IMG/VR virus record: IMGVR_UViG_3300025030_000041
Span: 1-64,000 of that record
From: a virus
Length of the DNA stretch: 64,000 bases
Direction: 5' to 3' (one strand)
Shown: positions 28,055 to 38,191 of the stretch, in pieces
Layout of the letters: each line of letters begins with the position of its first letter
How positions within the stretch are numbered: position 1 is the stretch's first letter
Made by a program: the position numbers and the translations under genes
Notes under the pieces: generated by a model
What the model was told of the DNA's origin: nothing
The model's input: the letters and a program-made list of their open reading frames with translations, nothing else
The model's database searches: none

Positions 28055-29416
28055 ATGTTTAAAGACATTACTAATCATAAAGTATATGAAAATACTATAG
28101 TTGGACTAGAATTTGAATTCTTTTCGCCGCTATCCCGTAAAGTATTAGCAAGTAAATTAAGTAAATTGCTTAATAAAAAAGTCATTGCGAGTGATGTGTA
28201 TCACTCTAATATTAAAGTTAGTGATTTTATATTTAAGATAGAACCCGACTACTCTGGGGGCAAGAGAATGAACGAGTTAATAACAGGTCCATTAAGTTAT
28301 TTTGAAGCTATTAATATTTTAATTAAGGTTTATAAATTTATAGATGAATACGGATTTACTAATGAAAAAAGCGGGTGTCATATTAATATTTCATTAAATG
28401 ATTTTGGATTAAATTTAAAATATAAAACGGAAAATCTTAATGTATTTAAATTTATACTTAATTATAATGAAGATGAGATACTAAAACTATTTCCTAATAA
28501 GGAATCTATTCAAAAGATTTATAAAAATAGTATTTACTATATTTTTCCAAGGAATAAATTTTTAAGTACTTATGATATTAGTGCTATAAAAAATATGAAT
28601 CATTTAGACTTTATTTTTCCAAGTAGTAAGTATTTTGGAGTTAATTTTAATAAATTAAATAGCGAATCTGGCGGGTATTTAGAGGTACGATATGTAGGTG
28701 GTAAAAACTATCATTTAAAATTAAATGAAACTATTAAAATAATTAATTATACTGCAATTAAATTATATGAAGTTTTAAATAATAATGTAGTATACTCACA
28801 AAAAGAATTAAATGAAATTCAAATTATACTTAAAAAGCAAAAGGACTTTTTGTATAATATTAAAACCTATGAATTATTAAAATTTAATTATAAAGATATA
28901 AAGCTTTATATAGATTTAAAGCAGGATCCTAATACAATTAATTTTTTTTATGATAAAATTAAAAATATAATACTTGAACTTTTAATATATGGTAATATTA
29001 AAAAAGGAGTAATAAATTTTAATTCAGATACTGGTATTTTACAAGTTAAAGACACTACTATTAAAAAAGGTTTTATGTTAAATAATATCGAGTTCTTTGA
29101 TTCACAATTAGATGGAGATTTTGAAAATTGTAAATTTCATAATTGCAAAATAAATTCAAGCCGGATTATTAATTCTAATTTAATTTCGAATAACGAAATT
29201 AAAAACTCATATATAAAAGACTGCATATTTAATACTTATACTAATGATATTATTAATTCATTTATTTCAAATAAAAAGGATTTAGAAATTAGGGCAAATA
29301 TTAAAAAAAGTATTATACGAGCCGGAAATATGGGGTTATATACCATAATTGATGATGATACTGAATTAGTACTTTTTTCAGTAGAAACTATAGATAAAGC
29401 AAAGCCTTCCAAATAA
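28055..29416 (+). CDS. Putative amidoligase (glutamine-synthetase-like fold)
   Basis: N-terminal GLEFEF strand and a later SGCHINISL motif resemble the G-x-E-x-E and S-G-x-H-V-H signatures of phage-associated amidoligases. The call is weak. Confidence 0.3.
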   Translation: MFKDITNHKVYENTIVGLEFEFFSPLSRKVLASKLSKLLNKKVIASDVYHSNIKVSDFIFKIEPDYSGGKRMNELITGPLSYFEAINILIKVYKFIDEYGFTNEKSGCHINISLNDFGLNLKYKTENLNVFKFILNYNEDEILKLFPNKESIQKIYKNSIYYIFPRNKFLSTYDISAIKNMNHLDFIFPSSKYFGVNFNKLNSESGGYLEVRYVGGKNYHLKLNETIKIINYTAIKLYEVLNNNVVYSQKELNEIQIILKKQKDFLYNIKTYELLKFNYKDIKLYIDLKQDPNTINFFYDKIKNIILELLIYGNIKKGVINFNSDTGILQVKDTTIKKGFMLNNIEFFDSQLDGDFENCKFHNCKINSSRIINSNLISNNEIKNSYIKDCIFNTYTNDIINSFISNKKDLEIRANIKKSIIRAGNMGLYTIIDDDTELVLFSVETIDKAKPSK

Positions 29417-29461
29417 GTTTTACACACTAAAACAATTTTATTTTTTTTAATATAAAAAGGT

Positions 29462-29893
29462 ATGCTAAGCGACTTTATTAATAAATTTTTCAATAAAGAT
29501 TATAATAAATGGAATTCTATATCTTCTAAAGATAAAGATGGTTTTTATATAATATTAAATAGAATGATGAGTATTAAGCATCCTATTTTAGCGAATGACT
29601 TAAACCTAATGTATATAAATAAAAATAGAGCAATAGATTGGTGGCATGATGTAATGAGTAAACAATATTTTAAAGTGCCAGGATGGGTATGGACCAAAAC
29701 TAAATTTAGTAAGACTGATAAAGAAGACATAACTGTAAAAATAGAAAATTATCAAGACGATATTATAAAAAAATATTTAGAATATAATAAAATAAGTAAA
29801 AAAGAATTAAACGATGCATTTAAATTATTTAATACTGACATAATATTAGAGCTAAATAAGTTTGAAGAATTTATGAAAGGAATTAAAAAATGA
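29462..29893 (+). CDS. Hypothetical protein
   Basis: ORF. Confidence 0.35.
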   Translation: MLSDFINKFFNKDYNKWNSISSKDKDGFYIILNRMMSIKHPILANDLNLMYINKNRAIDWWHDVMSKQYFKVPGWVWTKTKFSKTDKEDITVKIENYQDDIIKKYLEYNKISKKELNDAFKLFNTDIILELNKFEEFMKGIKK

Positions 29894-29905
29894 TCTAATA
29901 TTAAT

Positions 29906-30718
29906 ATGAAAACCGCAAAAATAGATAAATCTACATATTCATTAGTATTAGATCCGTTATATTTAATTAATTCAAAATGCTCAACTGATAAAGAATGGTT
30001 AGAATATACTATACTAGGAGCATTACAAAAATATAAAGAAAAACTAGATAATAATAATATACAAGTATTCAGTGAAATATTTTTACATTATTTTAATCTG
30101 TCGTCTTTAATTAACCTTAGTATAATTTTTGATAAAAAACACAAGTCACATGATATTTATACTAATAAAGATTTATCAAAAATAATAGATATTTTAAAAT
30201 ATGATACATCAGAACGAGAATACCTTATTAATATATACAATTGGATAAAGGAAAAGTTAAGAGATGTTTTCATTGAGGCAATAGAAAAACATATTAAAGT
30301 ATATGGTGGGTTAAATCTTCTTGTTAAGAATAAACAAATACATTTAACAGACGACATTTATATATTCTGCAAAAGTAATCCAAATTTATATTCAGAAATA
30401 TGGAGAATAAAAATAGATGAACGGTGTAATTTTATGTCATCTATTAAATTTATAGATGTTATAAAAGAAGATTCTAATTCTAATTATACTAAATTATCGC
30501 AATATGTTAATAAATTAAAGAATATTGAAAATAAAATTAATAATAATAATATAATAATAGTAAATAATGAATCTGCTATTAATTATAATGATATAATCTA
30601 TATAATTAGAGATATTTTATTTTTAAATAGAAATTTAGATGAAATTTTTGAAACAAAAGGTTTCGATAATGACATCCTTTATATATTATTAGAATTTATA
30701 AATAATGGTGGATTTTAA
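29906..30718 (+). CDS. Hypothetical protein
   Basis: ORF. Confidence 0.35.
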   Translation: MKTAKIDKSTYSLVLDPLYLINSKCSTDKEWLEYTILGALQKYKEKLDNNNIQVFSEIFLHYFNLSSLINLSIIFDKKHKSHDIYTNKDLSKIIDILKYDTSEREYLINIYNWIKEKLRDVFIEAIEKHIKVYGGLNLLVKNKQIHLTDDIYIFCKSNPNLYSEIWRIKIDERCNFMSSIKFIDVIKEDSNSNYTKLSQYVNKLKNIENKINNNNIIIVNNESAINYNDIIYIIRDILFLNRNLDEIFETKGFDNDILYILLEFINNGGF

Positions 30719-30768
30719 AACATTTTATAGTATTTTGAATAAATAAAATAGTAAAAAAAACAAAAACA

Positions 30769-30939
30769 ATGAAAAAACTATTATTTTTAATTACAGTATC
30801 ACTTACTGCATGTAATTCAAATCAAACAACAAATACTGCTGTTAATGGCTCTACTACTACGCCTTGTGTAGATACTTCTATTAAATTAGAAATTCCTTTA
30901 ACTGATAGTATTAAGCTTGATACTTCTGCTATAAAATGA
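30769..30939 (+). CDS. Small lipoprotein (56 aa), not in the ORF track
   Basis: MKKLLFLITVSLTAC|NSNQTT...: signal peptide ending in the lipobox L-T-A-C, then a Thr/Ser-rich mature peptide. Confidence 0.45.
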   Translation: MKKLLFLITVSLTACNSNQTTNTAVNGSTTTPCVDTSIKLEIPLTDSIKLDTSAIK

Positions 30940-31109
30940 CAAAGAACTAGTATTTTTACTCGTTCTTTTGCCAGCATAATTTGCTATACATTTTAATAAA
31001 ATTCAAAAAATGATAAAAATATTAATAAATGATTTTTTGTGTGATTTCTATTATGGAATAGTTTTTACATGGGTAAAAACGTCTAAAATCATTAGTAAAT
31101 TAAAGAAAC

Positions 31110-32177
31110 TTATTTATTAAATCGATTAAAGTATTGATATGATATTAAATTGTATTTTGCTTTACCAACAAAATCTTTTAAGGTTTTAGCATTACAATAG
31201 CTCATTGCTGATTTTAAATAATCAACAAAGTTATTAGTCCATCCTTCTACTGTATATTCTACTTTATTATATTTTACTATGCCTTCACTTGTAGTTAATT
31301 TAAGTTTACCCCAAGATTGTTGAACCTCTTTAGTAGACATTCCTCTATATTTTTTATATAGAGGAATTTTATTTTTAAATAAAAAATGTTTAATATCTGG
31401 AAATTTATCAATTTTTATTTTTTTAAATAATAAAGTATCTCCGCATGATTCTATTGATTTATTAAAAATAGAACCTACCATAACGTAGTCGGCTCCTAGA
31501 CATATTACTTTTATAATATCACTGAAATTTTTCATGCCGCCATCTGCCACAATTTTAGCAGGTGAGCTTAACGTACAACTTATATCATAGCATTCTTTTA
31601 TTAAAGATCCCATTGGATAACCAATTGAAACGTTAGAGGACGTCGTGCATGCCCCACCGGACCCGATTCCGCACCGTATATAATCAGCACCAGCTTCGCT
31701 TAATATTCTATAAGTTTCAGGATTAGCGATATTTCCAACCATTAGCATAATAGAATTTCCATACATGTCTTTTGCTAATTTAACAATTTCTAATAACTTG
31801 GACATATGCCCATTTGCCATATCTATTAAAATATATTTATGGTCTATCGTTATTTTATTACGAATATATAAAGTAGTAAACTCATCTAATGAATATGACT
31901 TAAAAATTGGCATAGTAGTCATTAGCTTTGATATATCTATATTGCATCCTCTTGGAATACAAACTGGAATTTTATTCTTAATAAATATATCAATATTATT
32001 TTTATCTATTACAGTATCCATTGGAGCAGCTATAATAGGTAAATAATTTTGACATATTAAATTTAAGTGATTATAATATGGATTAACTTGCTTTCTTGAA
32101 TTTATTTTAGAAATGGCATCTGGCATTATTAAAATGTCATTTAAATCAAATTTTATTTTGTCTATATTAAAATCCAT
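31110..32177 (-). CDS. IMP dehydrogenase / GMP reductase family protein; the size and the absence of a CBS pair favour a GMP reductase-like enzyme
   Basis: PIIAAPMDTV, GADYVMVG and the active-site loop GIGSGGACTT (catalytic Cys) of the IMPDH/GuaC TIM-barrel family. The gene is contiguous, with no intein. Confidence 0.7.
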   Translation of the reverse strand: MDFNIDKIKFDLNDILIMPDAISKINSRKQVNPYYNHLNLICQNYLPIIAAPMDTVIDKNNIDIFIKNKIPVCIPRGCNIDISKLMTTMPIFKSYSLDEFTTLYIRNKITIDHKYILIDMANGHMSKLLEIVKLAKDMYGNSIMLMVGNIANPETYRILSEAGADYIRCGIGSGGACTTSSNVSIGYPMGSLIKECYDISCTLSSPAKIVADGGMKNFSDIIKVICLGADYVMVGSIFNKSIESCGDTLLFKKIKIDKFPDIKHFLFKNKIPLYKKYRGMSTKEVQQSWGKLKLTTSEGIVKYNKVEYTVEGWTNNFVDYLKSAMSYCNAKTLKDFVGKAKYNLISYQYFNRFNK

Positions 32178-32183
32178 AGTATC

Positions 32184-32681
32184 TTAATTATTTTTTAAAA
32201 TAAATTCTTTAATTTTATTAAAAATAAAAGTAGGGTCTAGATGTTTTAAATTTTTTATAGTATCAACATACTTATTTGAGATACTTACCCAATCTAAATA
32301 CATATCTTCTTCTTTTATAAAAAAATTAGAATTACTAAACAAATTCATATTTTCTGGATACCCATATATTGTTGGATTACTTAATGTCCAAATTACTACT
32401 CCCGGTATATTGTAATATTTAGCAAAATGCTGAAAATATGAATCAACAGAAATCCAACAATTGACTTGTAATAGAATATTGTATTGTTTATCTTCGTCAT
32501 AGTTACATAACATCTCAACATTATTAAAGGTGGGTTCATCTTGTCCAAATACTAATTGATATACTTTAAAATTATCATTTATAAGTAAATTAATTAAATC
32601 TTGCCATTTACTATAATTTTTAGGATTTTCTATTTTATTTGGTAAAGTTCTACTATAAGGAATAATTAAAATAGATTTCAT
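32184..32681 (-). CDS. Hypothetical protein
   Basis: ORF. Confidence 0.35.
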   Translation of the reverse strand: MKSILIIPYSRTLPNKIENPKNYSKWQDLINLLINDNFKVYQLVFGQDEPTFNNVEMLCNYDEDKQYNILLQVNCWISVDSYFQHFAKYYNIPGVVIWTLSNPTIYGYPENMNLFSNSNFFIKEEDMYLDWVSISNKYVDTIKNLKHLDPTFIFNKIKEFILKNN

Positions 32682-32923
32682 TTAGTTTTAGACTTTTTAA
32701 AAGAATCTGCATAATTATTTATATCATTCGGAGATAAATGTGTAATAATTGATATGGGGTTTAATGCAATCTTTATTATAAATATTACTAATAAAAAATA
32801 AAACGCTTCCAGAATTGATACATCTATTGCCATACTTAATATAAAACTTAGAGGTATTGAACACATAAATAGAATACTTATCCATATTAAAATAATTAGC
32901 AAAAATCCAAATACAGTTTTCAT
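32678..32923 (-). CDS. Small membrane protein (two predicted TM helices)
   Basis: Hydrophobic segments FGFLLIILIWISILFMCSIPLSFILSMAI and FYFLLVIFIIKIAL. Confidence 0.35.
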   Translation of the reverse strand: MKTVFGFLLIILIWISILFMCSIPLSFILSMAIDVSILEAFYFLLVIFIIKIALNPISIITHLSPNDINNYADSFKKSKTK

Positions 32924-32930
32924 ATTTTTA

Positions 32931-33440
32931 TTAAATTTTTATGTAAATTAATGATATACCTATTTTATTTAAAGTATCTAACCCTTCTAAATCTCTATAA
33001 AAATCTGAAAATATTACAGCAGTTATTCCAGACTGTATAATTAATTTACTGCATTCTTTACATGGTGATGATGTAATATATAAAATAGAGTCATCTGTCC
33101 TATTTCCATTTTTTGCAGCCTTTAAAATACAGTTAGCTTCAGCATGCAAAGTATACCAGTAGGTATTTCCAGTTTCATCTTCTGTAATATTAGGCATCCC
33201 GCTTGGTGTTCCATTATATCCATCTGAGATAATATTGCCATTCTTTACTAATAATGATCCAACTTTTAGCCGTGTAGCGTATGAGTTGTCTGACCATATT
33301 TTACACATTTGCAAATATCTAATATGTTTATTTAATTGCTTTTCCTCAATACAATTTTCGCAAATTATATTATTTTCAGCAATTAACGATTTTATAGTAT
33401 CGTTACTAGACCTACTGTAAAAATTTTTTATAATGTCCAT
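32931..33440 (-). CDS. dCMP deaminase (cytidine/deoxycytidylate deaminase zinc-binding family)
   Basis: HAEANCI (H-A-E zinc/catalytic motif) and SPCKECSKLI (PCxxC). Confidence 0.75.
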   Translation of the reverse strand: MDIIKNFYSRSSNDTIKSLIAENNIICENCIEEKQLNKHIRYLQMCKIWSDNSYATRLKVGSLLVKNGNIISDGYNGTPSGMPNITEDETGNTYWYTLHAEANCILKAAKNGNRTDDSILYITSSPCKECSKLIIQSGITAVIFSDFYRDLEGLDTLNKIGISLIYIKI

Positions 33441-33739
33441 TATTCTGGTAATAATGTTTCTAATTTATCTAATGAATACTTATTAAAAACTTTAGCAAGA
33501 TGCTCGTATTTCATTAAATCATTTAAATTTTCTATTTTTATCTGATACTTAGTACTAGCAACATTCCTAAATAATTCATTTAAACTATTGTTTGCATCTC
33601 GTAATTCTTCTATTAAGGATTTAGAAATATTATTTTTTCTAAAGCGGTCGGCTATTTCTGATACTAAGTCAGTAGTATCAATATCAGCTAGACAGACCTC
33701 TACTTCAGTGTCTACTTCAACTGTAACATATCTTCTCAT
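33440..33739 (-). CDS. Hypothetical protein
   Basis: ORF. Confidence 0.35.
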   Translation of the reverse strand: MRRYVTVEVDTEVEVCLADIDTTDLVSEIADRFRKNNISKSLIEELRDANNSLNELFRNVASTKYQIKIENLNDLMKYEHLAKVFNKYSLDKLETLLPE

Positions 33740-33756
33740 TGTTTTTAGTTTTTAGT

Positions 33757-35430
33757 TTATAAATTTGTTTCTATTTCAATATCGCTAAAATTTCTTTCGT
33801 ATATTATATTATATTGTTTATTAAAAAGTTCTTTTGGTAAAATATTATGGCTTACTACAAATAAGTTCATATCAGTAGTGTTTATAAAATCTTTTAATAT
33901 TAAACTAACTTTTTCTATACTTCTATGATCTAAACTAGAAAATATTTCATCTAAAAATAATAAATTAATTGATGGTAATTTCATTTTAATAAGTTTCAAA
34001 ATAGATATAATAATAATAATATCCATCTTTTTTCTTTGTCCAGTTGATAATGAGTCTGATGAAATTTCAAATCCAATTTGTCTTATTACTGGATTGAATT
34101 CTTCATCAAAGAAAAAATCAAATTCATATTCTAGATTGTCTATTAGCTCTTTAATATAGGTATTAAACGTTGGAAGTATTTGTGATAACAATATTTTTTT
34201 AATTCCATTTTCACCAAGTATTTCTCCAGTAATAGAGTATATATTATTCTTTTGTTCTATTATTGTTTTTGATTTTTTTAATTCTTTTTGTTTATTTTCT
34301 AAATTAGAAATAATATTATTTAGACTTTTAACTTGTTCATTCGTATTAATCTTAGAATCTATTTCAGCAACTCTATTAATAATTTGTTTTATAGAACTTT
34401 CAGTTTTCCAGTGTTCTTCTTGTTTTATATTTTTATTTTTATTTTCAGTTTCTAATTTTTTTTCATAATCTGTTAAAGATAGTTTTAATTTGGAAATATT
34501 CTTTTTTCTTTCTTCTATAAATTCTTTAATTGACTTGCGTATTTCTTCATGGAAATCGCCATGCAAATCACTTTGGCAATGTGGACACTGTCTTTGCTCT
34601 AGAAATTTTAATTTATTATTATCTGATGTATTTTTATATTCTAATTCATTAATTTCCTTTGTAATTATATTAATATCGCTTTTTATTTTATTAACTTTAT
34701 TATTTAATTCAGTATATTCACTGGCAATTATATTTTTAGTATTAGTTAATTCATTTTTTTTATTTAATAATTCTTCTTTTTCTTTTGCTAATCCATCTTC
34801 AACTTGTTTTATAAGATTTTCTTTTTCTTGTATTGTACTACTAATTTGAGTTGTATTTGAGTCTAATTGAATATCTATTTTATTAATAGACGATTTAACG
34901 TCTTTTACTTTTTCTTTTAAAATATCATTCATTAAATTAATAAGGTCATACCCAAAAATCTTATCAATTATTTTTTTTTTGTCAGTATTATTAAGTTTAA
35001 TAAAACTTTTAAAATCATTAACTGAAAGAGAAATTGTATTTGTAAATATATTAAACGGTAATTTTAATAATTCATTCTCTATATAACTATTAATATTTCT
35101 TTTATCTGGTATATCATAAACTTCTCCATTTATTTTAAGTAATAAAAATCCAGGGTCTAACCCTCTTTCTATTTCTATTACTTGTGAAGATTTAGAAATA
35201 AATTTAGTATAACACCATAAATTTTTATTAATTCGATTTGGTAAATCTTTGTTTTTACGACTAGCACATTTGCCATATAAAACATATGAAATAACATCTA
35301 AAATTGAGCTTTTCCCGCTTCCAGATTGGCCTAATATAACATTAAATTCTTTATCAGTATTGAAATATATTGTCTGTTTTTTATTTCCATATGATGCAAA
35401 ATTTTTCCAAGATACTTCTAATAGTTTCAT
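33757..35430 (-). CDS. 46: gp46-like recombination ATPase (SbcC/Rad50 family)
   Basis: N-terminal Walker A GQSGSGKSS, long central coiled coil with a CPHCQSDLHG zinc-hook-like motif, and a C-terminal ABC signature LSTGQRKK followed by the D-loop LLFLDEIFSSLD. Confidence 0.8.
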   Translation of the reverse strand: MKLLEVSWKNFASYGNKKQTIYFNTDKEFNVILGQSGSGKSSILDVISYVLYGKCASRKNKDLPNRINKNLWCYTKFISKSSQVIEIERGLDPGFLLLKINGEVYDIPDKRNINSYIENELLKLPFNIFTNTISLSVNDFKSFIKLNNTDKKKIIDKIFGYDLINLMNDILKEKVKDVKSSINKIDIQLDSNTTQISSTIQEKENLIKQVEDGLAKEKEELLNKKNELTNTKNIIASEYTELNNKVNKIKSDINIITKEINELEYKNTSDNNKLKFLEQRQCPHCQSDLHGDFHEEIRKSIKEFIEERKKNISKLKLSLTDYEKKLETENKNKNIKQEEHWKTESSIKQIINRVAEIDSKINTNEQVKSLNNIISNLENKQKELKKSKTIIEQKNNIYSITGEILGENGIKKILLSQILPTFNTYIKELIDNLEYEFDFFFDEEFNPVIRQIGFEISSDSLSTGQRKKMDIIIIISILKLIKMKLPSINLLFLDEIFSSLDHRSIEKVSLILKDFINTTDMNLFVVSHNILPKELFNKQYNIIYERNFSDIEIETNL

Positions 35431-36560
35431 TCCTCAGACATTATTAGGTTTTTATTCATTTCGCTAGCCTCTTTATATAACTTTTCAAAATAATTAGATA
35501 CAATTGTTTTAGTATCAGTATCTACTTTAATTGAATCTAAAAATAAATTAACAGCATCAAATGTATTTAAATTTTTTATATCAACGTTTTTTAATGCGTC
35601 ATTAATTTCAATATTTTTTTCACTATCATAAGGAAAAAAATCTATTTTTCTAATTTTAAAATCTTTAATTAATTCTAAAAACTGACTTATTATAAATTTT
35701 CCACTATACTTATTATCTACATAAATATCAACTAAATTATTTTTTAGTAAGGACTCGGATTCTTCTAAAGATAATTCTATTAAATCATGTAAATTCGTTT
35801 TAATAAAAACTGGTGAATACTTATTTTCTATAAATTCTTCTTTAAAATTATTACCAGTAAATTTAAGGGTATACCATCCTTTTTGATTATTACAATCGCT
35901 TCTTTCCATTGCGTATGGAATACCTGTATAAACTACCCAATCTTTTTCTTGTCTATAATGAATATGACCAGAAAATATCTTTTTAAATTTACGTATATTT
36001 TTTAGGTTTAATCCTTGGTCTATTATTCTACTTTTATCAAATTTCATATTTTGAATATCAGCATGACATAATAAATACTCACAATCTTTACTATATTCAT
36101 TAATTATATTTTCAAATTTTTCATAGTCATGTTCGTATGGCATCATGAAAAATTTATTATTGTTAATTTCAAGAATATCATAACTTTCAATAACATGAAT
36201 ATTAGTAGATAATAATTCAAATTGCTTAACTGAATTAATTTCAGTCGTGGACTTATTAAACAAATCATGATTACCTAAAATAATAATTACTTTATTAAAA
36301 TATCCAGATAACTCTTTAAATAATTTTTGAGCTTCGTATAACACCTTAATATTTAAAAATTCTCTTGAATGAAAAATATCGCCCATTAAAAATAAAGTGT
36401 CCTCATCTTTATTATAATCAGATGTTTTTATAATAGTAGGAATAAAATAATTTCTCCAAAAATCCAATTGAATATTTAACCATTCAGATGAGTTACTTCT
36501 AATTCCAAAGTGTAAATCTCCAACTAAATGTAAATTTTTAATTTTATCTAATTTAATCAT
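35427..36560 (-). CDS. 47: gp47-like recombination nuclease (SbcD/Mre11 family metallophosphoesterase)
   Basis: N-terminal phosphoesterase motifs (LHLVGDLHFG, GDIFH, GNHD). Its stop overlaps the start of the gp46-like gene. Confidence 0.8.
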   Translation of the reverse strand: MIKLDKIKNLHLVGDLHFGIRSNSSEWLNIQLDFWRNYFIPTIIKTSDYNKDEDTLFLMGDIFHSREFLNIKVLYEAQKLFKELSGYFNKVIIILGNHDLFNKSTTEINSVKQFELLSTNIHVIESYDILEINNNKFFMMPYEHDYEKFENIINEYSKDCEYLLCHADIQNMKFDKSRIIDQGLNLKNIRKFKKIFSGHIHYRQEKDWVVYTGIPYAMERSDCNNQKGWYTLKFTGNNFKEEFIENKYSPVFIKTNLHDLIELSLEESESLLKNNLVDIYVDNKYSGKFIISQFLELIKDFKIRKIDFFPYDSEKNIEINDALKNVDIKNLNTFDAVNLFLDSIKVDTDTKTIVSNYFEKLYKEASEMNKNLIMSEE

Positions 36561-36735
36561 TATTTTTTATTTAATACATTTAATGTTACACAATGTGTAG
36601 TCTCATCATAAACAAATTTTACTCCATACTCAATTAAAATAATATTAACATCTTTTATAAACTCACGTATGCAGTATGGACATTTCCCATCTATATTTTC
36701 TATGGCTGGAGTTAATCTCCTAAGAATTTCAGTTA

Positions 36736-37320
36736 TCATTGTGTTATTAAATTTTTAATAGAATCTTTTAATGAGTCTTCATTAATTGATTTAATTAATT
36801 TGTTTGTTATTATATTTAAAAATTCGTCTTTGTTTTCACTTGAATTATACATCATTTTTAAAACATCAATTGGAGGTAATTTTGATTTTATTTTAATAGG
36901 AAAGTCAAATTCATTAATTTGAAACATATCAAATATATCAACCTTATTTTCTGTTTTAATTTCAGGTTTAGTCGTGGTATTTTGAATTGTTTTTTTAATA
37001 GCATCATTTAAATTCTTACTCATAACTGGAGTTTCAATAGGCGGATTGTTAATATCATAAACTTCAGTTAAATGGTCGCTTAGTATTTCTAAATTTATTT
37101 TAGAGCCATCCTCAAATATTAATCTAGTCATTCCTTGAGAATTTTTAACATCATTACATTTAACAATAATACCTAATTTTAATGGATCTATTGGTTTAGT
37201 CCATTGAAATGATTTTCCAATATAGTGTTCTCTTAACTCTGTGGTTTTAGTATTAGTTTCTAAATTCATTTTAAATATTTTTTTTAGGAAGTTTATTAAA
37301 AAATCATTATTTTTAATCAT
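36736..37320 (-). CDS. Hypothetical protein
   Basis: ORF. Confidence 0.35.
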   Translation of the reverse strand: MIKNNDFLINFLKKIFKMNLETNTKTTELREHYIGKSFQWTKPIDPLKLGIIVKCNDVKNSQGMTRLIFEDGSKINLEILSDHLTEVYDINNPPIETPVMSKNLNDAIKKTIQNTTTKPEIKTENKVDIFDMFQINEFDFPIKIKSKLPPIDVLKMMYNSSENKDEFLNIITNKLIKSINEDSLKDSIKNLITQ

Positions 37321-38130
37321 TTAAAGTATTGCACAAATGTTAGTATATCTGTCATTTTCACCTATTACAACTGGATGTAATTCTCCTATTCCAGAATATC
37401 CACACCCACTGTCGGCTAATACTACTGTTTTAGGTACGCCACTGTGTATATAGTTATGAAATCTTGGAAAATTTATTCCTTCGTCTAATCTATTATAATG
37501 TCCGTGTACTGACACCAAATATGGTTCAGGTACTTTAAATATAGTATCTTTCTTTTGATTTCCAAAATCCGAGGATTTTCCCCATAATAAGTCAGAATCA
37601 CCTATATTTTTTATATCACTAAGAGGAGCATGACTAAAAAATATAGTATTAGTAGAATACCTAGTTTTTCCATATTTCTTTAAAAAAGAATAATATTCAC
37701 TATTTAATATTTTTTCTCTCCAATCACTCACTTTACTTGAAATATTATAATGATTATCAAATACTACGCCAAATAAATCTTTGCATGTTATAATTCCATC
37801 ATTATACTCCCATAAATCACTCCATTTTATGAGTTTATTATCTAACAATATTGAAGTATCTTCAGCCGTTCCTATAATAAACATATCATGATTTCCAAGT
37901 AAACATATTGCGTTCCTATTAATAACATAGTCTTCAATCTTTTTTAATACTGCACCTGAATGATTACCTCTATCAATATAGTCACCTAAAAATACATACT
38001 GAATAGTATCATATTTAGATATTATACCAAACTTTCTTTGAAATTTTACCCAGGCATTACATGTTTCTAATGCAAAATTTAATTTGAAAATATCTCCATG
38101 TATATCAGGAATAGCTATATAATAATTCAT
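37321..38130 (-). CDS. Ser/Thr protein phosphatase of the PPP / lambda-phosphatase-like metallophosphoesterase family
   Basis: DIHGD, GDYIDRG and GNHD motifs in the canonical order. Confidence 0.7.
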   Translation of the reverse strand: MNYYIAIPDIHGDIFKLNFALETCNAWVKFQRKFGIISKYDTIQYVFLGDYIDRGNHSGAVLKKIEDYVINRNAICLLGNHDMFIIGTAEDTSILLDNKLIKWSDLWEYNDGIITCKDLFGVVFDNHYNISSKVSDWREKILNSEYYSFLKKYGKTRYSTNTIFFSHAPLSDIKNIGDSDLLWGKSSDFGNQKKDTIFKVPEPYLVSVHGHYNRLDEGINFPRFHNYIHSGVPKTVVLADSGCGYSGIGELHPVVIGENDRYTNICAIL

Positions 38131-38191
38131 TTTATCAATTAAAATTTATACAATATCTTATACTAGATTTATAGTAAAATGTTTTATAAAT

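Noticed and set aside
31110-32177. Possible fractured IMPDH gene (by analogy with published fractured-gene sets)
   Set aside because: The ORF is contiguous through the catalytic-loop region (GIGSGGACTT) with no Hint-like insertion, so no intein is present
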